A stretch of DNA of 55,409 nucleotides from a virus (Duplodnaviria > Heunggongvirae > Uroviricota > Caudoviricetes): IMG/VR virus record IMGVR_UViG_2531839531_000009; one strand, 5' to 3'. Numbering within the stretch: the first letter of the stretch is position 1; each line of letters begins with the position of its first letter. The translations under genes and the position numbers were made by a program. The notes under the pieces are model-generated. The model ran no database searches. It was not told where the DNA came from and saw only the letters and a list, made by a program, of their open reading frames with translations. Positions 18,280 through 28,638 of the stretch are shown in pieces.

Positions 18280-21200
18280 TAAGCCAGATGCAGTGCTTCA
18301 AGACGACGAAGATCAAAGTCGTTTAATTCGTCGGTATAACTTTCGGTAATCGGTGCTGGCCAGTTGTTTGTCTCTAGGGCTTCGTTTATCTGGCGTAGCG
18401 TCCGGCGATATTCCTGTCGACCAAGTTCCAGGAGTTCCTGCGAGGCTTCCACGACTGCCACCCAGTGATAGCCAACATCTTTGTTGACGAAGATCCAGAA
18501 AAATTTGTCCAGGTTTGCCACATCACAATACATTGCGGCGCTGAGGTGATAATCACGCTCAATAATTTCACGGTGCAGGCGATCTTTAAGTCGTTCCTGC
18601 CGCACATAACCGAGGCTGACTGACTTCACGTCAGCGCAAATGCTTTCGTATGGCAGCCGGATTTCGATATCAGGACGGACCCTGATTTCCAGCCCGGTTT
18701 CTTCATCAAACCCGAAATAGCTGATTTCAGATTTGCGATCCGGGTGGTTGAGTAGCCTTGCTGTATCGGTATTGTTTTGCAGTGCCGCGTGAATATTTTT
18801 TGCCTGTTCATACATATCCGCACTGATAAACGTTTTCCCGGCGTTTTCTTCTTGCTGTCGTTTTTGCCAGTCCTCCAGTGTCACCAGTTCCGGGCGAATT
18901 TTCCGTGCGATTTCGGTTAATTGCTCTTTTGTGCCACTGATGTTGTAAGGCAACGATTTAGCACGTTCTTTTTTTGCCAGTTCTGGATCTACAGTTTCAA
19001 TTTGCTCCAGAAGCTGCTCCCGTGTTCCACTGGTTTTCAGCAGAGGAGGGAGGCTTGCGTTGTATTCTTTAATACAGGCTTTCATTGCTGATGCTGTGTG
19101 TTTTTCCCCCTCAGGAATACGCCGAAATTCCTCCGGAAGCGAACCGTAAAGGATGCCTGTTTCTTCGGTCCCAGCGCTTACCGACAGAGGCTGTATAAGA
19201 GTGCTGTTGTAGCTTTCGATCCACTCTTTCATCTGCTCTGGTGTCATCAGTGATGGCAGACTGGCATTGTATTTTTTAATGATGGTGATCAGTTCGTTAG
19301 AAGTAGTAACCACATATTCAGGAACCGGTACCGGAATGGCATATTCATCAGCGAATTTATCCGTTTCCAGAACGTAGCTGTGAATGATCCGCCCACGCAG
19401 CAATGCATCACTTTCCTCGTTCGGAATAGTCCCGGCAATGTGCCGCCCGTGGTAATACATCAGACTGATGCGGGCATCCTTCAGCATTGTGCTGCTTATT
19501 CCGTTGGCGGAGTGATAAACCTCGTTCGGGAGGTTTTCATAGCGGCCAGGCTCGAAATATGACGGCCACATGATTTCAGTTGCTACATTAGCTGACGCTT
19601 CACCAGTTTCATCACTGCAATCGTGATGCGGATGGTTGCCAGCATTCTCCTTGTGTGGATGTTCAGCGCTTTCCATTTCCTCCGGATCATTTTCCTGAAC
19701 TTCAACCTGATTCTCTTCATCGAATGTTTCCTGGTATGTTGCGTCGCCCATCACCGCACCACAATCAGGGCAGTTGCCGCCGTCGGTCTGACCGCAGGCG
19801 GCGCAGGCTTTTTCCGGCTCCTGTTGCGTTATTGGCTCGGATTGTTTCGTTTCTGGCTCGTTTTGTTGCGCATTTCGGCTGTTTTGTTCCGCTTTCTGGT
19901 CGTTCTGTTCCGTTTCTTGCTGGTTCTGATTCACTGAATCGCGGGTTTCAATCCCCTTCACCCATTTCGGATCGTTCGGGTCGCTAATTCCGTCAACAAA
20001 TTCACCACGTGATGCTGCAAGTAATTTATCGGCATCGACAGGATTTTTTGATGGAATGTTTTTCCGGGCTTCATGGAGTTCTGCCCGCAGTTCCTGATAT
20101 TTCGCATCAACAGAATTTACCTGTGACTGAGCATCCAGCGGCTGCGTGTCCTGATGATGTTCAGTTGCATTCGGTTCCACTGTTTCAGCCGTTGCCTGTT
20201 CATCTGCCATTGCGCCAGATGGTTGTGGCTTTTCTTCATCGTCCTGTTTTCCTTCTTCTGTCACACGCTGCGGCATCGGGGCAGAGGAGCGACCGCAGGC
20301 AATATCCACGATTTCCGGATCAGGGTTGGCATGATCAGTTTCAGTCAGTACTTTGTTCAGATATTCAGTGACGTGCGCGGGGATGACCTCGATCCCAATT
20401 GGTGCTTCTTTCACGGACGCAACCACGGTGGCGCGGGAATAATCCAGCCCGCCAGGCATGGTGATGAATTTGTCGCGGAAAACAGAAAAGGGCGGTTTAT
20501 TTTCAGCGATAATTTCCTCAATGCGTTTAGCGTGTGCCGGATGAAGGTTATAGATGTCCACGTCCATTGAACGGGCCAGTACGCCAGTGGCTACATCGCG
20601 TGCCAGTGACGTCAGATCGTGGACGAAACCTTCGCCGCGATCGGTGAGGTTCCCGCCGCCAGCATTAGCACCGGAAGCCGTGCGAGTGATGCGTGAAACA
20701 CGATTCCCTTTCCTCCATTCTTTTGTCAGAAGACCACGATCAATGTGTTCGGTATCCAGCCAGGCTGAAATGAAATTCTTAAATTCATAGGGCTGATGTT
20801 TTTTCGTGATAGAGAAAACTGCCTTAATTGCATCAGTCAGGCGGAGCAGGGCGGCATTATCCAGAGTTGTCGGTTCTGCCATGCCGCGTATGGCCAACAG
20901 CAGATTCTGGACATAGCTGTTTTCCTGGCCCATCTCAAGAGCAGTAATGTGTTCGCGTTGTTCACGGGTGGCATGATGCAGGTATTTCCGATCCCCGGCC
21001 GCATATGTAAAAATGTGCAGAAGACGCTGTGTGAACCGCAAAGTGGCTACAGAAACTTCGCAATCCTGGCAATCCCCGTGGGCGTCTGCCTGCGCGTTTT
21101 CTTCCTGGCCTCCCGCCAGTTCTTTGGTTTCCTGGGTATTCTCCTGATGGTGAACGTCGTCTGGTGCTGCACCCGGTTTTAGTTCCCAGGTGATGGAGTC

Positions 21201-21446
21201 CTTGCCGAGTTGATAGCGTTCACACCACGTAAAATCGATCTCACCTTCAGGGGGAAGGTCATTAACGACAGGAAAATTAGTTGCAACAGTTTTAAAATAG
21301 TTGCTCAGTTTTTTACCTGACTTAACGATCAGGTAGTCCAGAGTGGCACTGGTCGATTCAAAATCGTCGCTTGCCCACAGGACGACGTCAGGTTCACCGG
21401 ATGATTTTTTCGCTTTCCGTAAAAGGAAGAGTGGTTTTGTGCTCAT
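18279..21446 (-). CDS. recE: exodeoxyribonuclease VIII (RecE family), 1055 aa
   Basis: N-terminal ~450 aa match K-12 RecE as recalled ([26 protein letters not shown]..., [25 protein letters not shown]); acidic Q/E/N-rich region; C-terminal region diverges and holds internal repeats. Confidence 0.8.
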   Translation of the reverse strand: MSTKPLFLLRKAKKSSGEPDVVLWASDDFESTSATLDYLIVKSGKKLSNYFKTVATNFPVVNDLPPEGEIDFTWCERYQLGKDSITWELKPGAAPDDVHHQENTQETKELAGGQEENAQADAHGDCQDCEVSVATLRFTQRLLHIFTYAAGDRKYLHHATREQREHITALEMGQENSYVQNLLLAIRGMAEPTTLDNAALLRLTDAIKAVFSITKKHQPYEFKNFISAWLDTEHIDRGLLTKEWRKGNRVSRITRTASGANAGGGNLTDRGEGFVHDLTSLARDVATGVLARSMDVDIYNLHPAHAKRIEEIIAENKPPFSVFRDKFITMPGGLDYSRATVVASVKEAPIGIEVIPAHVTEYLNKVLTETDHANPDPEIVDIACGRSSAPMPQRVTEEGKQDDEEKPQPSGAMADEQATAETVEPNATEHHQDTQPLDAQSQVNSVDAKYQELRAELHEARKNIPSKNPVDADKLLAASRGEFVDGISDPNDPKWVKGIETRDSVNQNQQETEQNDQKAEQNSRNAQQNEPETKQSEPITQQEPEKACAACGQTDGGNCPDCGAVMGDATYQETFDEENQVEVQENDPEEMESAEHPHKENAGNHPHHDCSDETGEASANVATEIMWPSYFEPGRYENLPNEVYHSANGISSTMLKDARISLMYYHGRHIAGTIPNEESDALLRGRIIHSYVLETDKFADEYAIPVPVPEYVVTTSNELITIIKKYNASLPSLMTPEQMKEWIESYNSTLIQPLSVSAGTEETGILYGSLPEEFRRIPEGEKHTASAMKACIKEYNASLPPLLKTSGTREQLLEQIETVDPELAKKERAKSLPYNISGTKEQLTEIARKIRPELVTLEDWQKRQQEENAGKTFISADMYEQAKNIHAALQNNTDTARLLNHPDRKSEISYFGFDEETGLEIRVRPDIEIRLPYESICADVKSVSLGYVRQERLKDRLHREIIERDYHLSAAMYCDVANLDKFFWIFVNKDVGYHWVAVVEASQELLELGRQEYRRTLRQINEALETNNWPAPITESYTDELNDFDLRRLEALHLA

Positions 21447-21545
21447 TGTTTTTTAACCTCAACTCAGATTAAAATTACTGCGAGTGATGAATAAATGTCC
21501 CAGGTTCTTCACTCAGGCCTGCACACTGTGCAGGCTTTCTTTTTT

Positions 21546-21821
21546 TCAGATTTCACCGTTTAATTTCATTGCGATCAGAGTTGCCAGAAATCCAGCTTTT
21601 TTTTCTGCGGGCAGATTCTTTCCGATGTGAACCAGGCACATTTTTGTGACACCTTCATCAAGTGTTTTAACGTTGCCTGATGGACCGTCGATATCAACCA
21701 CAGTGAAAGGGGTTTCTTTATTTTCTGTTTTAATCACGTAGCCAATGCGCTTTCCTTCCAGATTCACCTCGTGAACAATGTCATCGGTAGTTACAACAGT
21801 GGCTTCATAATTGGTAATCAT
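21546..21821 (-). CDS. racC: RacC-like protein
   Basis: 91 aa from the internal ATG with AGGAG SD; position upstream of recE as in Rac. Confidence 0.5.
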   Translation of the reverse strand: MITNYEATVVTTDDIVHEVNLEGKRIGYVIKTENKETPFTVVDIDGPSGNVKTLDEGVTKMCLVHIGKNLPAEKKAGFLATLIAMKLNGEI

Positions 21822-21895
21822 GTTTTTCTCCTTAATTAAGGTTGAGCGAATCTCTACCATTTCTGGCATAAATTCAGTTTCGAATAGTCAATTAA

Positions 21896-22065
21896 TTAAA
21901 GTTCGTGTGCCATCTGGTCTTTTTCGGCACAGATTTCACTACAATATTTTTTCATTTCCGTCGTTGGTATAACTCCACGCATGAAATGAAGTGGTCTTGT
22001 AATGATTTTGCTTTCTTCAATTTCTTTATTGCAAAGGTGATAAGCACATTTTATTTTCTTAGTCA
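21896..22065 (-). CDS. ydaE: YdaE-like zinc-ribbon protein (56 aa)
   Basis: Minus-strand ORF below the ORF-track size cutoff: [56 protein letters not shown] with two Cys pairs; its start abuts the kilR stop. Confidence 0.5.
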
Positions 22066-22287
22066 TTACCATGACTCCGCCTTTACAGGTAAACCATCAC
22101 GACCGAGGAAGACTTTAATCATGCAGTCAGAAATGCATGTTTTTGTAGTCAGGCTACGAATATAAAGTTTTCGCTTTTTAATATTGTTTGCCGAGGCGAT
22201 ATATGTCCGACCTTCATGAAGAACATAATCGCCAGGGGTCACACACTGACGTGGTATTTCATCAGTTCCGAAGTGATGAGCAATCAT
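22066..22287 (-). CDS. kilR: KilR, prophage FtsZ inhibitor
   Basis: [73 protein letters not shown] matches KilR as recalled. Confidence 0.7.
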   Translation of the reverse strand: MIAHHFGTDEIPRQCVTPGDYVLHEGRTYIASANNIKKRKLYIRSLTTKTCISDCMIKVFLGRDGLPVKAESW

Positions 22288-22695
22288 AATTATCTCCATT
22301 TTTACAAATGAATTTTGTCGATGCGGTGCCTGGTGCCTCCAGGTGACGTTAACCAGTTAACAATTAACGCCGGATAATCCACCCATAACACTGATGCTTT
22401 TAACTGCGCCGCGTGCGCTTAGCCGCATTCACCGCATCACAAAATTCACTTTAAAAAGGGGCGGCAGGGCAGCTACGGAGTAGAACTGATGCCGCCAAAA
22501 ACTAGACACAGCAATGTCGTTATTTACAACCGGAGGCGCACTCCCACCATTTAAATTTAACAGACAAGACCGACTCTTTATGGATACCGGAAATGCGCCT
22601 TCGTATTGTGCCCGGTTTTATTTCACCACCTCCGGGCTTTGGTGGCCTCGGCTATACCCCTACAGCAAGAATATTGAATTAATCCAATAAATGGT

Positions 22696-22848
22696 TTAGC
22701 TGGTATTTTTGGCAAGCCAGCGACGTGCGCCAGCTTCGGTTTTAAACGATTTGCTTTTGGTATACGTCATGGCGGTGAATGTGCCGTCCTGATTGGGAAA
22801 CACGCCACATACCAGAGATTCGTTGTTGCCAAGATCGATAGTATCCAT
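22696..22848 (-). CDS. ydaF: YdaF-like small protein
   Basis: 50-aa ORF from the internal ATG (MDTIDLGNNESLVCGVFPNQDGTFTAMTYTKSKSFKTEAGARRWLAKNTS). Confidence 0.4.
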   Translation of the reverse strand: MDTIDLGNNESLVCGVFPNQDGTFTAMTYTKSKSFKTEAGARRWLAKNTS

Positions 22849-23153
22849 GTTGACCTCATTTCCCCTTAACGCCGGGTGGCGGAACGTTTTATCTACTGCG
22901 CTTTGTATCAATCAACAACTGCCGTCATGTTCGTATGCCTCAGGCTGGCTACTTAGCCCTGTTCAGTGGCTGGATAACTCGAGGTATTGTCCTGCCGTTC
23001 TCTGGTGGGGCGTTGTTTGGATATGCTTATTAAACACAATGTGTTTTCTTATGTCAACACGAAATGTGTTTTATGGTGGGTATCATATGATGATGGTACA
23101 AAAAAGCCCGCTGATAGCGGGCTGATTGGCATATTACTGTGATAGCAAGATCA

Positions 23154-23573
23154 TTACTCCGGTGGGGGATTATCTTTAAGCCTGCCTCTCAAATATTTTT
23201 CTACATACTCATCGATTTCTTTTAGCCGGACTTCAAATAGCTCAATCATTCGTTGTTGTTCTGAGCCCGGTAGCTGGTTAAACAACTCAAGAAGTTTTCG
23301 TTGGGATTCATTTAACCACAATTCAGAAGATTCCTGTTCTCCAAAGAGGAGCTCAGGAGGAGATATGCCAAGTGCCTTTCCCAATACGACAGCGTCATGC
23401 ACTCCAACATTTCTGCTGCCCGCCTCATAGTTACCTATACGCGATTGCGTCCATCCGCAGATTTCAGCAAGTTTTCCTTGAGATAAACCAAGCTTCTGCC
23501 TGCGCTCTTTAAGACGCATTGCAATTTTGTCATTGAGCCTACTAGCGGCAATTTTTTCGTTTTCTTTTTCCAT
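23154..23573 (-). CDS. racR: XRE/cI-type HTH repressor, RacR-like
   Basis: 139 aa with HTH (LGLSQGKLAEICGWTQSRIGNYEAGSR); divergent from the ydaS-like gene. Confidence 0.7.
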   Translation of the reverse strand: MEKENEKIAASRLNDKIAMRLKERRQKLGLSQGKLAEICGWTQSRIGNYEAGSRNVGVHDAVVLGKALGISPPELLFGEQESSELWLNESQRKLLELFNQLPGSEQQRMIELFEVRLKEIDEYVEKYLRGRLKDNPPPE

Positions 23574-23669
23574 TGCATCCTTGTATCACGAATCGTGATT
23601 TACATAAAACACAAAACAGCTTGACCATATAACACAAGATGTGTTTAAAATTGTCATCGGAGGTTTTCA
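23574..23669. promoter_or_regulatory. divergent promoter/operator region between racR and ydaS
   Basis: Perfect 15-bp palindrome ATCACGAATCGTGAT (23585..23599) and inverted repeat AACACAagaTGTGTT (23631..23645). Confidence 0.5.
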
Positions 23670-23912
23670 ATGAACAAAATTTCAACATATCGAAAACAGC
23701 TTGGGCTGTCTCAAAGACAACTTGCTGTTCAGTTAGGGTGGATACAAAGCCGACTGGCAAATTACGAAGCAAATTTTCGTACCCCTGGACTAGAGGAGTG
23801 CAGAAAAATTGTTTCTACCCTTAATCGGCTTGGCGCTCATTGTGGACTTGACGATGTATTCCCCCCAGACGGTAAGCATAGCGAAAACAGCATAGGAGCG
23901 GTTGATTCATGA
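23670..23912 (+). CDS. ydaS: Cro/YdaS-like HTH protein
   Basis: 80 aa with HTH (LGLSQRQLAVQLGWIQSRLANYEAN), transcribed divergently from racR. Confidence 0.65.
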   Translation: MNKISTYRKQLGLSQRQLAVQLGWIQSRLANYEANFRTPGLEECRKIVSTLNRLGAHCGLDDVFPPDGKHSENSIGAVDS

Positions 23913-24331
23913 AAATCAGGCATGAGCACATCGAATCAGTGTTGTTAGCCCTGGCAGCCGAAAAAGGGCAGGCGTGGGTCGCTAACGCAATTACTGAAGA
24001 ATATCTGCGCCAGGGGGGCGGCGAATTGCCCCTTGTACCAGGCAAGGACTGGAACAATCAGCAGAATATCTATCACCGTTGGTTGAAAGGTGAAACGAAA
24101 GCGCAAAGGGAAAAAATTCAGAAACTGATTCCTGCGGTTCTGGCAATTCTTCCGCGCGAGCTGCGTCACCGACTCTGCATCTTCGATACCCTGGAACGCC
24201 GTGCATTACTGGCGGCGCAGGAAGCGTTGAGTACGGTAATTGATGCGCATGATGATGCAGTTCAGGCCGTTTACCGGAAAGCACATTTCAGCGGTGGTGG
24301 TTCGTCCGGCGATTCTGTTGTTGTTCATTAA
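23909..24331 (+). CDS. ydaT: YdaT-like protein
   Basis: 140-aa ORF coupled to ydaS (overlapping stop/start); position as ydaT in Rac. Confidence 0.6.
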   Translation: MKIRHEHIESVLLALAAEKGQAWVANAITEEYLRQGGGELPLVPGKDWNNQQNIYHRWLKGETKAQREKIQKLIPAVLAILPRELRHRLCIFDTLERRALLAAQEALSTVIDAHDDAVQAVYRKAHFSGGGSSGDSVVVH

Positions 24332-24337
24332 GGTGAT

Positions 24338-24640
24338 GTGGTGATGGAAAAATATGAACTGAAAAAATACCGACTTAAAACACTGGAAGGCGAAACATTG
24401 CTTCAGCGTATAGCCCGAAATGTTGCCTGGTATGCCATACGACTCTCTCTGCATCGCCATCTTGTTAACGGGTATCCCTCGTCAACGCTGTTGTTCATCA
24501 ATATCAAAGATAAAGAAAAAGCCGCAGAACACATTCGGTGGATGGAACTGGCGCAGGGACAAGCTCTTGATATTGAGTATGGCGATGAGATCGACTACAG
24601 CAAAGCTCAACCGCTGCGCCACGTAATTTTTAGGGGGTGA
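24338..24640 (+). CDS. hypothetical protein
   Basis: 100-aa ORF; convergent with and abutting the minus-strand ORF 24641..24892. Confidence 0.4.
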   Translation: MVMEKYELKKYRLKTLEGETLLQRIARNVAWYAIRLSLHRHLVNGYPSSTLLFINIKDKEKAAEHIRWMELAQGQALDIEYGDEIDYSKAQPLRHVIFRG

Positions 24641-24892
24641 TTATGACATCTTTTCTTTTAGCTTTTGTAGGACAACGATCGGTTCATCAATTTGGGTTGC
24701 ATCCATTATCAACTCCAGTTTGTGATAAGCCCCGTAATTTAGCTCCTGTGTGTGGAATTCCTGGGCAAGTATTTTTACTCCTCCGCGATTGAGCATTCCT
24801 GAGGTGCTAAAAATTTTTGACTCGGTTCCAGTAATACTGTCCACCCAAAAATTTTGGGGGAATGGAGCAGACTTATCAAATGTAAAAGACAT
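24641..24892 (-). CDS. hypothetical protein (opposite orientation to surrounding operon)
   Basis: 83-aa ORF with AGGAGG SD 6 nt upstream of its ATG; AT-rich. Confidence 0.45.
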   Translation of the reverse strand: MSFTFDKSAPFPQNFWVDSITGTESKIFSTSGMLNRGGVKILAQEFHTQELNYGAYHKLELIMDATQIDEPIVVLQKLKEKMS

Positions 24893-24971
24893 GTCGAACC
24901 TCCTTTGGTTCTGTTGATTGGGGAATCACAGATTATATCCGGAGGAAGGTTCGACACCAGATGAGGCAATT

Positions 24972-26090
24972 ATGGTTAAGGCTAAAAATATGCCAAATCC
25001 CATGCCAAAAACTAAGGCAAACAATGAGCCTTATCGCAAGGTAAAAATAACGATATGGGATGATCCCAAATTTAGGGCGTTATCTCCTCTGCCTCCAAGT
25101 GGACAGAGTTTGTTTATTTATCTGCTGACCAGTCCATTTACCGGGATTATTCCTGGGTTGTTTAAAGCCGGGCGGGCAGCAATGGCTGAAGAGTTGGGGT
25201 GGGATATCGAAGCCTTTAACTTAGCCTTAGGAGAAGTCATGAATCTTGGCATGGTGAAAGCAGATATCAAAGCCAGAGTTTTTTGGCTCCCGAATGCTGC
25301 GAAACACAATCCGCCAAACTCGATAAATGTCATTAAATCCTGGGCAAAGGCATTCGCTTTAATTCCTGATTGCCCTCTCAAATGGGAGGCCAGAGAATCG
25401 CTGAGAGCCGCGTCCTACGGGGTTTCTGAGGCTTTGGGGATGGCATTCGATAAGGCAATCCCTTTGCCTGAGGATAAGCCTAAGGATAAGGCTAACGCTT
25501 TGTCATGCGGTATCCAGATAACAGATAACAGATATATAAACCCCACACATAACGCGCGCGAGAGTGCTCCGGCCAGTGAGGCAAATGGCGTGCCGTTGCA
25601 GACAGCGGAACCTGATTACCTGGAAGGCCTGAGCGAACCCATCGGGAAATTTCCGATGACCGATGGCTGGCATCCGTCGCCGGATTTTCGACGACGGGCG
25701 GCTCTGTGGGGAGTGGCTCTGCCGGAGCCGGAATTTACACCTGCTGAACTTGCCGCCTTCCGGGACTACTGGGCAGCGGAGGGGAAAGTTTTCACGCAGG
25801 TTCAGTGGGAGCAGAAATTCGCCCGTCACGTACATCACGTCAGGGCGCAGGTTAAACCAGTCAGCAAGGGGGTGAGCCATGCAGCAGCACCAGGCGGCAC
25901 CGCATCACGGGCAGTTCAGGAAATTCGGGCAGCACGTGAGCAGTGGGAACGTGAAAACGGATTTATCAGCGACGGAAACGGCGTGGAAGCTGTGGGAACT
26001 CATGGGGGAGGTTTATTCGAACCGCTGGACCCAGAAGAACGGGGCCGCACCTTCGAAGCCCTGGATTGCACAGATTGGTGCGATGACTGA
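24972..26090 (+). CDS. replication initiation protein (O-like/YdaU-like, DnaT-like C-terminal region)
   Basis: Start at internal ATG 24972; C-terminal segment TDGWHPSPDFRRRAALWGVALPEPEFTPAELAAFRDYWAAEG resembles DnaT-type domains; the 3' 212 nt overlap the next gene in another frame. Confidence 0.55.
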   Translation: MVKAKNMPNPMPKTKANNEPYRKVKITIWDDPKFRALSPLPPSGQSLFIYLLTSPFTGIIPGLFKAGRAAMAEELGWDIEAFNLALGEVMNLGMVKADIKARVFWLPNAAKHNPPNSINVIKSWAKAFALIPDCPLKWEARESLRAASYGVSEALGMAFDKAIPLPEDKPKDKANALSCGIQITDNRYINPTHNARESAPASEANGVPLQTAEPDYLEGLSEPIGKFPMTDGWHPSPDFRRRAALWGVALPEPEFTPAELAAFRDYWAAEGKVFTQVQWEQKFARHVHHVRAQVKPVSKGVSHAAAPGGTASRAVQEIRAAREQWERENGFISDGNGVEAVGTHGGGLFEPLDPEERGRTFEALDCTDWCDD

Positions 26091-26544
26091 GCAGCAAATC
26101 CGGCAGGTCTGCTGCCAGTGCATGGACCGCTGCCGGGCGGGTGAAACATGGCCTCCGGACCTGGCTGAGTTTGTGGCGCTGATTTCGGAAAGCGGAGCCA
26201 ATCCATTCGGTCTGACGGTGGATGCCGTGATGGAGGAGTACCGACGCTGGCGCAATGAGTCCTGGCGATACGACGGAAGCGATAAATACCCGTGGACTCA
26301 GCCTGTGCTGTATCACATTTGCCTCGAGATGCGTTCAAAGGGGATTGAGCGTCAGATGACCGAAGGGGAGTTAAAACGACTTGCAGAACGGCAACTGGCG
26401 AAATGGGCAAAGCATGTTGGTGATGGCTTCAGCGTTCCGCCCGTACGGCGGCAACTGGCAGCACCAGAACGCCCGTCGGGACCAACACCAATTGAGTTGC
26501 TGAAACAGGAATATGAACGCCGGAAAGCGGCGGGGTTTGTTTGA
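25879..26544 (+). CDS. replication protein P-like helicase loader
   Basis: AAGGGGG SD before ATG 25879; ...[11 protein letters not shown]...[19 protein letters not shown]...[20 protein letters not shown] parallels lambda P (...PSPGQFVAWC...YPWKSNAHYWLVTNLYQNM...TDAELRRKAADELVHM). Confidence 0.65.
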   Translation: MQQHQAAPHHGQFRKFGQHVSSGNVKTDLSATETAWKLWELMGEVYSNRWTQKNGAAPSKPWIAQIGAMTEQQIRQVCCQCMDRCRAGETWPPDLAEFVALISESGANPFGLTVDAVMEEYRRWRNESWRYDGSDKYPWTQPVLYHICLEMRSKGIERQMTEGELKRLAERQLAKWAKHVGDGFSVPPVRRQLAAPERPSGPTPIELLKQEYERRKAAGFV

Positions 26545-26578
26545 GTTGAGAAGTGATTTTTACCGGGAGGAAATTTTA

Positions 26579-26728
26579 ATGGAGACCGTTTTTGACGCAC
26601 TGAAAGCAATGGGAAAAGCCACGTCGGTAGAGCTGGCTGAGCGACTTGATATCAGTCGTGAAGAAGTACTGAACGAGCTGTGGGAACTGAAAAGGGCTGG
26701 CTTCGTTGATAAAAGCGTATACACCTGA
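26579..26728 (+). CDS. small winged-helix-like protein
   Basis: 49 aa from internal ATG with GGGAGG SD; [43 protein letters not shown]. Confidence 0.35.
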   Translation: METVFDALKAMGKATSVELAERLDISREEVLNELWELKRAGFVDKSVYT

Positions 26729-26731
26729 CGT

Positions 26732-27340
26732 GTGGCTGATAACAACGTTCAGCAGGAACAGCCAGCGCCAGAAGAACAGCCGGAAGAAACCACCACGGCG
26801 ACAGTAGCGAAAATCTCAAAGTGCGATTTAACCGCAACGATTGAACAACGCGGACCACAAACGGCTGATGAGCTGGCTACATTGTTTGGTACCACATCAC
26901 GCAAAGTGGCTTCAACGCTGGCAATGGCAATCAGCAAAGGTCGTCTGATTCGCGTAAATCAGGGCGGTAAATTTCGTTACTGCATACCGGGCGATAATTT
27001 ACCAGCAGAGCCGAAAGCAGCATCGGTAGCGGAAACTGATGGTAAGGCCTTTCCTCAGCCCGCAGGTGTTGCATTACCAGTACAGGAGGCTGCAACACAG
27101 GAAGATATTAAAACAGAAACGGTGGCGGACATTGTGCAATCGCTGCCATCGTTTACTGAAACGCGAGCGGATGACCTGGTTTTACCATCGCTGCATATGG
27201 CAAACCGCGAACTGCGTCGGGCGAAAAATCATGTCCAGAAGTGGGAGCGAGTCTGCGCCGCGCTGCGGGAGCTGAACAAGCACCGGGATATTGTTCGACA
27301 GATTGTCGATTCCTCCAGTCGTATTGTGTCGGAAAAGTGA
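26732..27340 (+). CDS. hypothetical protein with winged-helix-like segment
   Basis: 202-aa ORF, GTG start; acidic N-terminus then [31 protein letters not shown]. Confidence 0.4.
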   Translation: MADNNVQQEQPAPEEQPEETTTATVAKISKCDLTATIEQRGPQTADELATLFGTTSRKVASTLAMAISKGRLIRVNQGGKFRYCIPGDNLPAEPKAASVAETDGKAFPQPAGVALPVQEAATQEDIKTETVADIVQSLPSFTETRADDLVLPSLHMANRELRRAKNHVQKWERVCAALRELNKHRDIVRQIVDSSSRIVSEK

Positions 27341-27355
27341 TTGCCGGAGGCACCT

Positions 27356-27778
27356 ATGGCAAAAGTATTTACACCAGAAGAGCGGGAAAAAATTAAAGGG
27401 CAGGTTGTTGAACTTGTACGTCTGAGCGGTCGCGAGACGTTACGGGCTCTGGAGGCTAAAACCGGTGCATCAAGGTATTACATAAGCACTCTCGCCAGAG
27501 AACTGGTCGCCAGTGGTGATGTTTACAATTCAGGCTACGGATTATTCCCGTCTGAGCAGGCGCGTAAAGACTGGCAAAACGCCCGCAAAAAACTCTCAAG
27601 GGCAAATCTGAAGAAACCATCTGTGGTTGATCCGGATCTTATCTGGTCATTACCAGATGGAGAAATACGCCGCTACAACAGGCGTCTGAACATAATTTGC
27701 CGTGAGTGCCGGAAGAGTGAGGTTATGCAGCGAGTGCTGGCGTTTTATCAGGGGAAATTTCAGGAGGTGATGCTGTGA
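27356..27778 (+). CDS. hypothetical protein
   Basis: ATG preceded by GGAGG; 140 aa. Confidence 0.4.
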   Translation: MAKVFTPEEREKIKGQVVELVRLSGRETLRALEAKTGASRYYISTLARELVASGDVYNSGYGLFPSEQARKDWQNARKKLSRANLKKPSVVDPDLIWSLPDGEIRRYNRRLNIICRECRKSEVMQRVLAFYQGKFQEVML

Positions 27779-28029
27779 GCGAATCAAAATGTCAGGTTAA
27801 TGGCAATCAGATAGAACCGTGTACGGCACTGGCAAAATCCCTTGAGCATGATGCTGAATACACGACGCGAAAAGGTCTGCTGATATACAAAATCTGGAAT
27901 GAGAATTTAACTCGCGACCCTGATTTGGTGATGTTGCGTTCCGGTGAATTTTCTAAATTACCAGTGCGGGTTTCATTTTGTCCGTTCTGTGGTGAAAGTC
28001 TGAAAACGTGGGAGAACAGAAATGAATGA
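27775..28029 (+). CDS. hypothetical zinc-ribbon protein
   Basis: 84 aa with CxxC-like pair (CPFCGESL); overlapping start/stop with neighbours. Confidence 0.4.
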   Translation: MSESKCQVNGNQIEPCTALAKSLEHDAEYTTRKGLLIYKIWNENLTRDPDLVMLRSGEFSKLPVRVSFCPFCGESLKTWENRNE

Positions 28030-28333
28030 AATTAGAGAAATACCAGTAGTACGTGATGAATATGGCTGCTGGACGCATCCTGAATATGAAAAATTCTGTG
28101 ATGGTAGAGAACTTATTTCAACGGAAGAGTTTAACGCCTGGATGGAGGAAAATAATCTTCAATACGTCCTCTGCTTCAGAGATGAAGGATGTGCTGACCT
28201 TGATGCGTGTGATGCTGATATTTCTGCATGGGAACCGGAACGACCAGAGGGCAATGGATGGTTTATTGGTTCAATACATGACACCGAAGATGGCCCGGTT
28301 TGTGTATGGCTGAGAAATAAGGCCGAAGCATAA
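28022..28333 (+). CDS. hypothetical protein
   Basis: 103-aa acidic ORF at the end of the nin-like small-gene run. Confidence 0.4.
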   Translation: MNEIREIPVVRDEYGCWTHPEYEKFCDGRELISTEEFNAWMEENNLQYVLCFRDEGCADLDACDADISAWEPERPEGNGWFIGSIHDTEDGPVCVWLRNKAEA

Positions 28334-28638
28334 AGGCTATAAACCGACTAACAACTAAATACTGAAGATTTAAATCAGAAACGATTTTTATTAAATCCTT
28401 AACCGGAGGGATTCTGCACCCTCAGAACATCAGGAGGCCGACTGAAAGGGCGGAACAGATAATGCTTACGTTGAAACATTTTATCGACATACCAACATGG
28501 TTAGCCGTCATTGCTTTTGTTAAAATACACATCCACTTTTCTGTGCAATGTTTAACCACTGGTCATATCAAATGGCATTCATGCGAACCATGATATAGAA
28601 TCATGGCTTGAGAGAGTCGATGAAAGCGCAACTATGGT

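Noticed and set aside
19380-21182. Several + strand ORFs of 60 to 138 aa (e.g. 19623..19937, 20154..20570, 20796..21182)
   Set aside because: All lie antisense inside recE, have skewed low-complexity composition and no SD; most likely shadow ORFs.
21896-22072. Apparent frameshift in the ydaE-like gene
   Set aside because: On re-reading the sequence the minus-strand frame is intact (58 codons from ATG 22072, 56 from 22065); the suspected frameshift was my transcription slip.
22300-22695. Roughly 400 bp without any ORF between kilR and ydaF-like gene (sieB/ydaG expected by K-12 order)
   Set aside because: No coding signal or recognisable RNA structure found by eye; noted only as apparent absence of sieB and ydaG.
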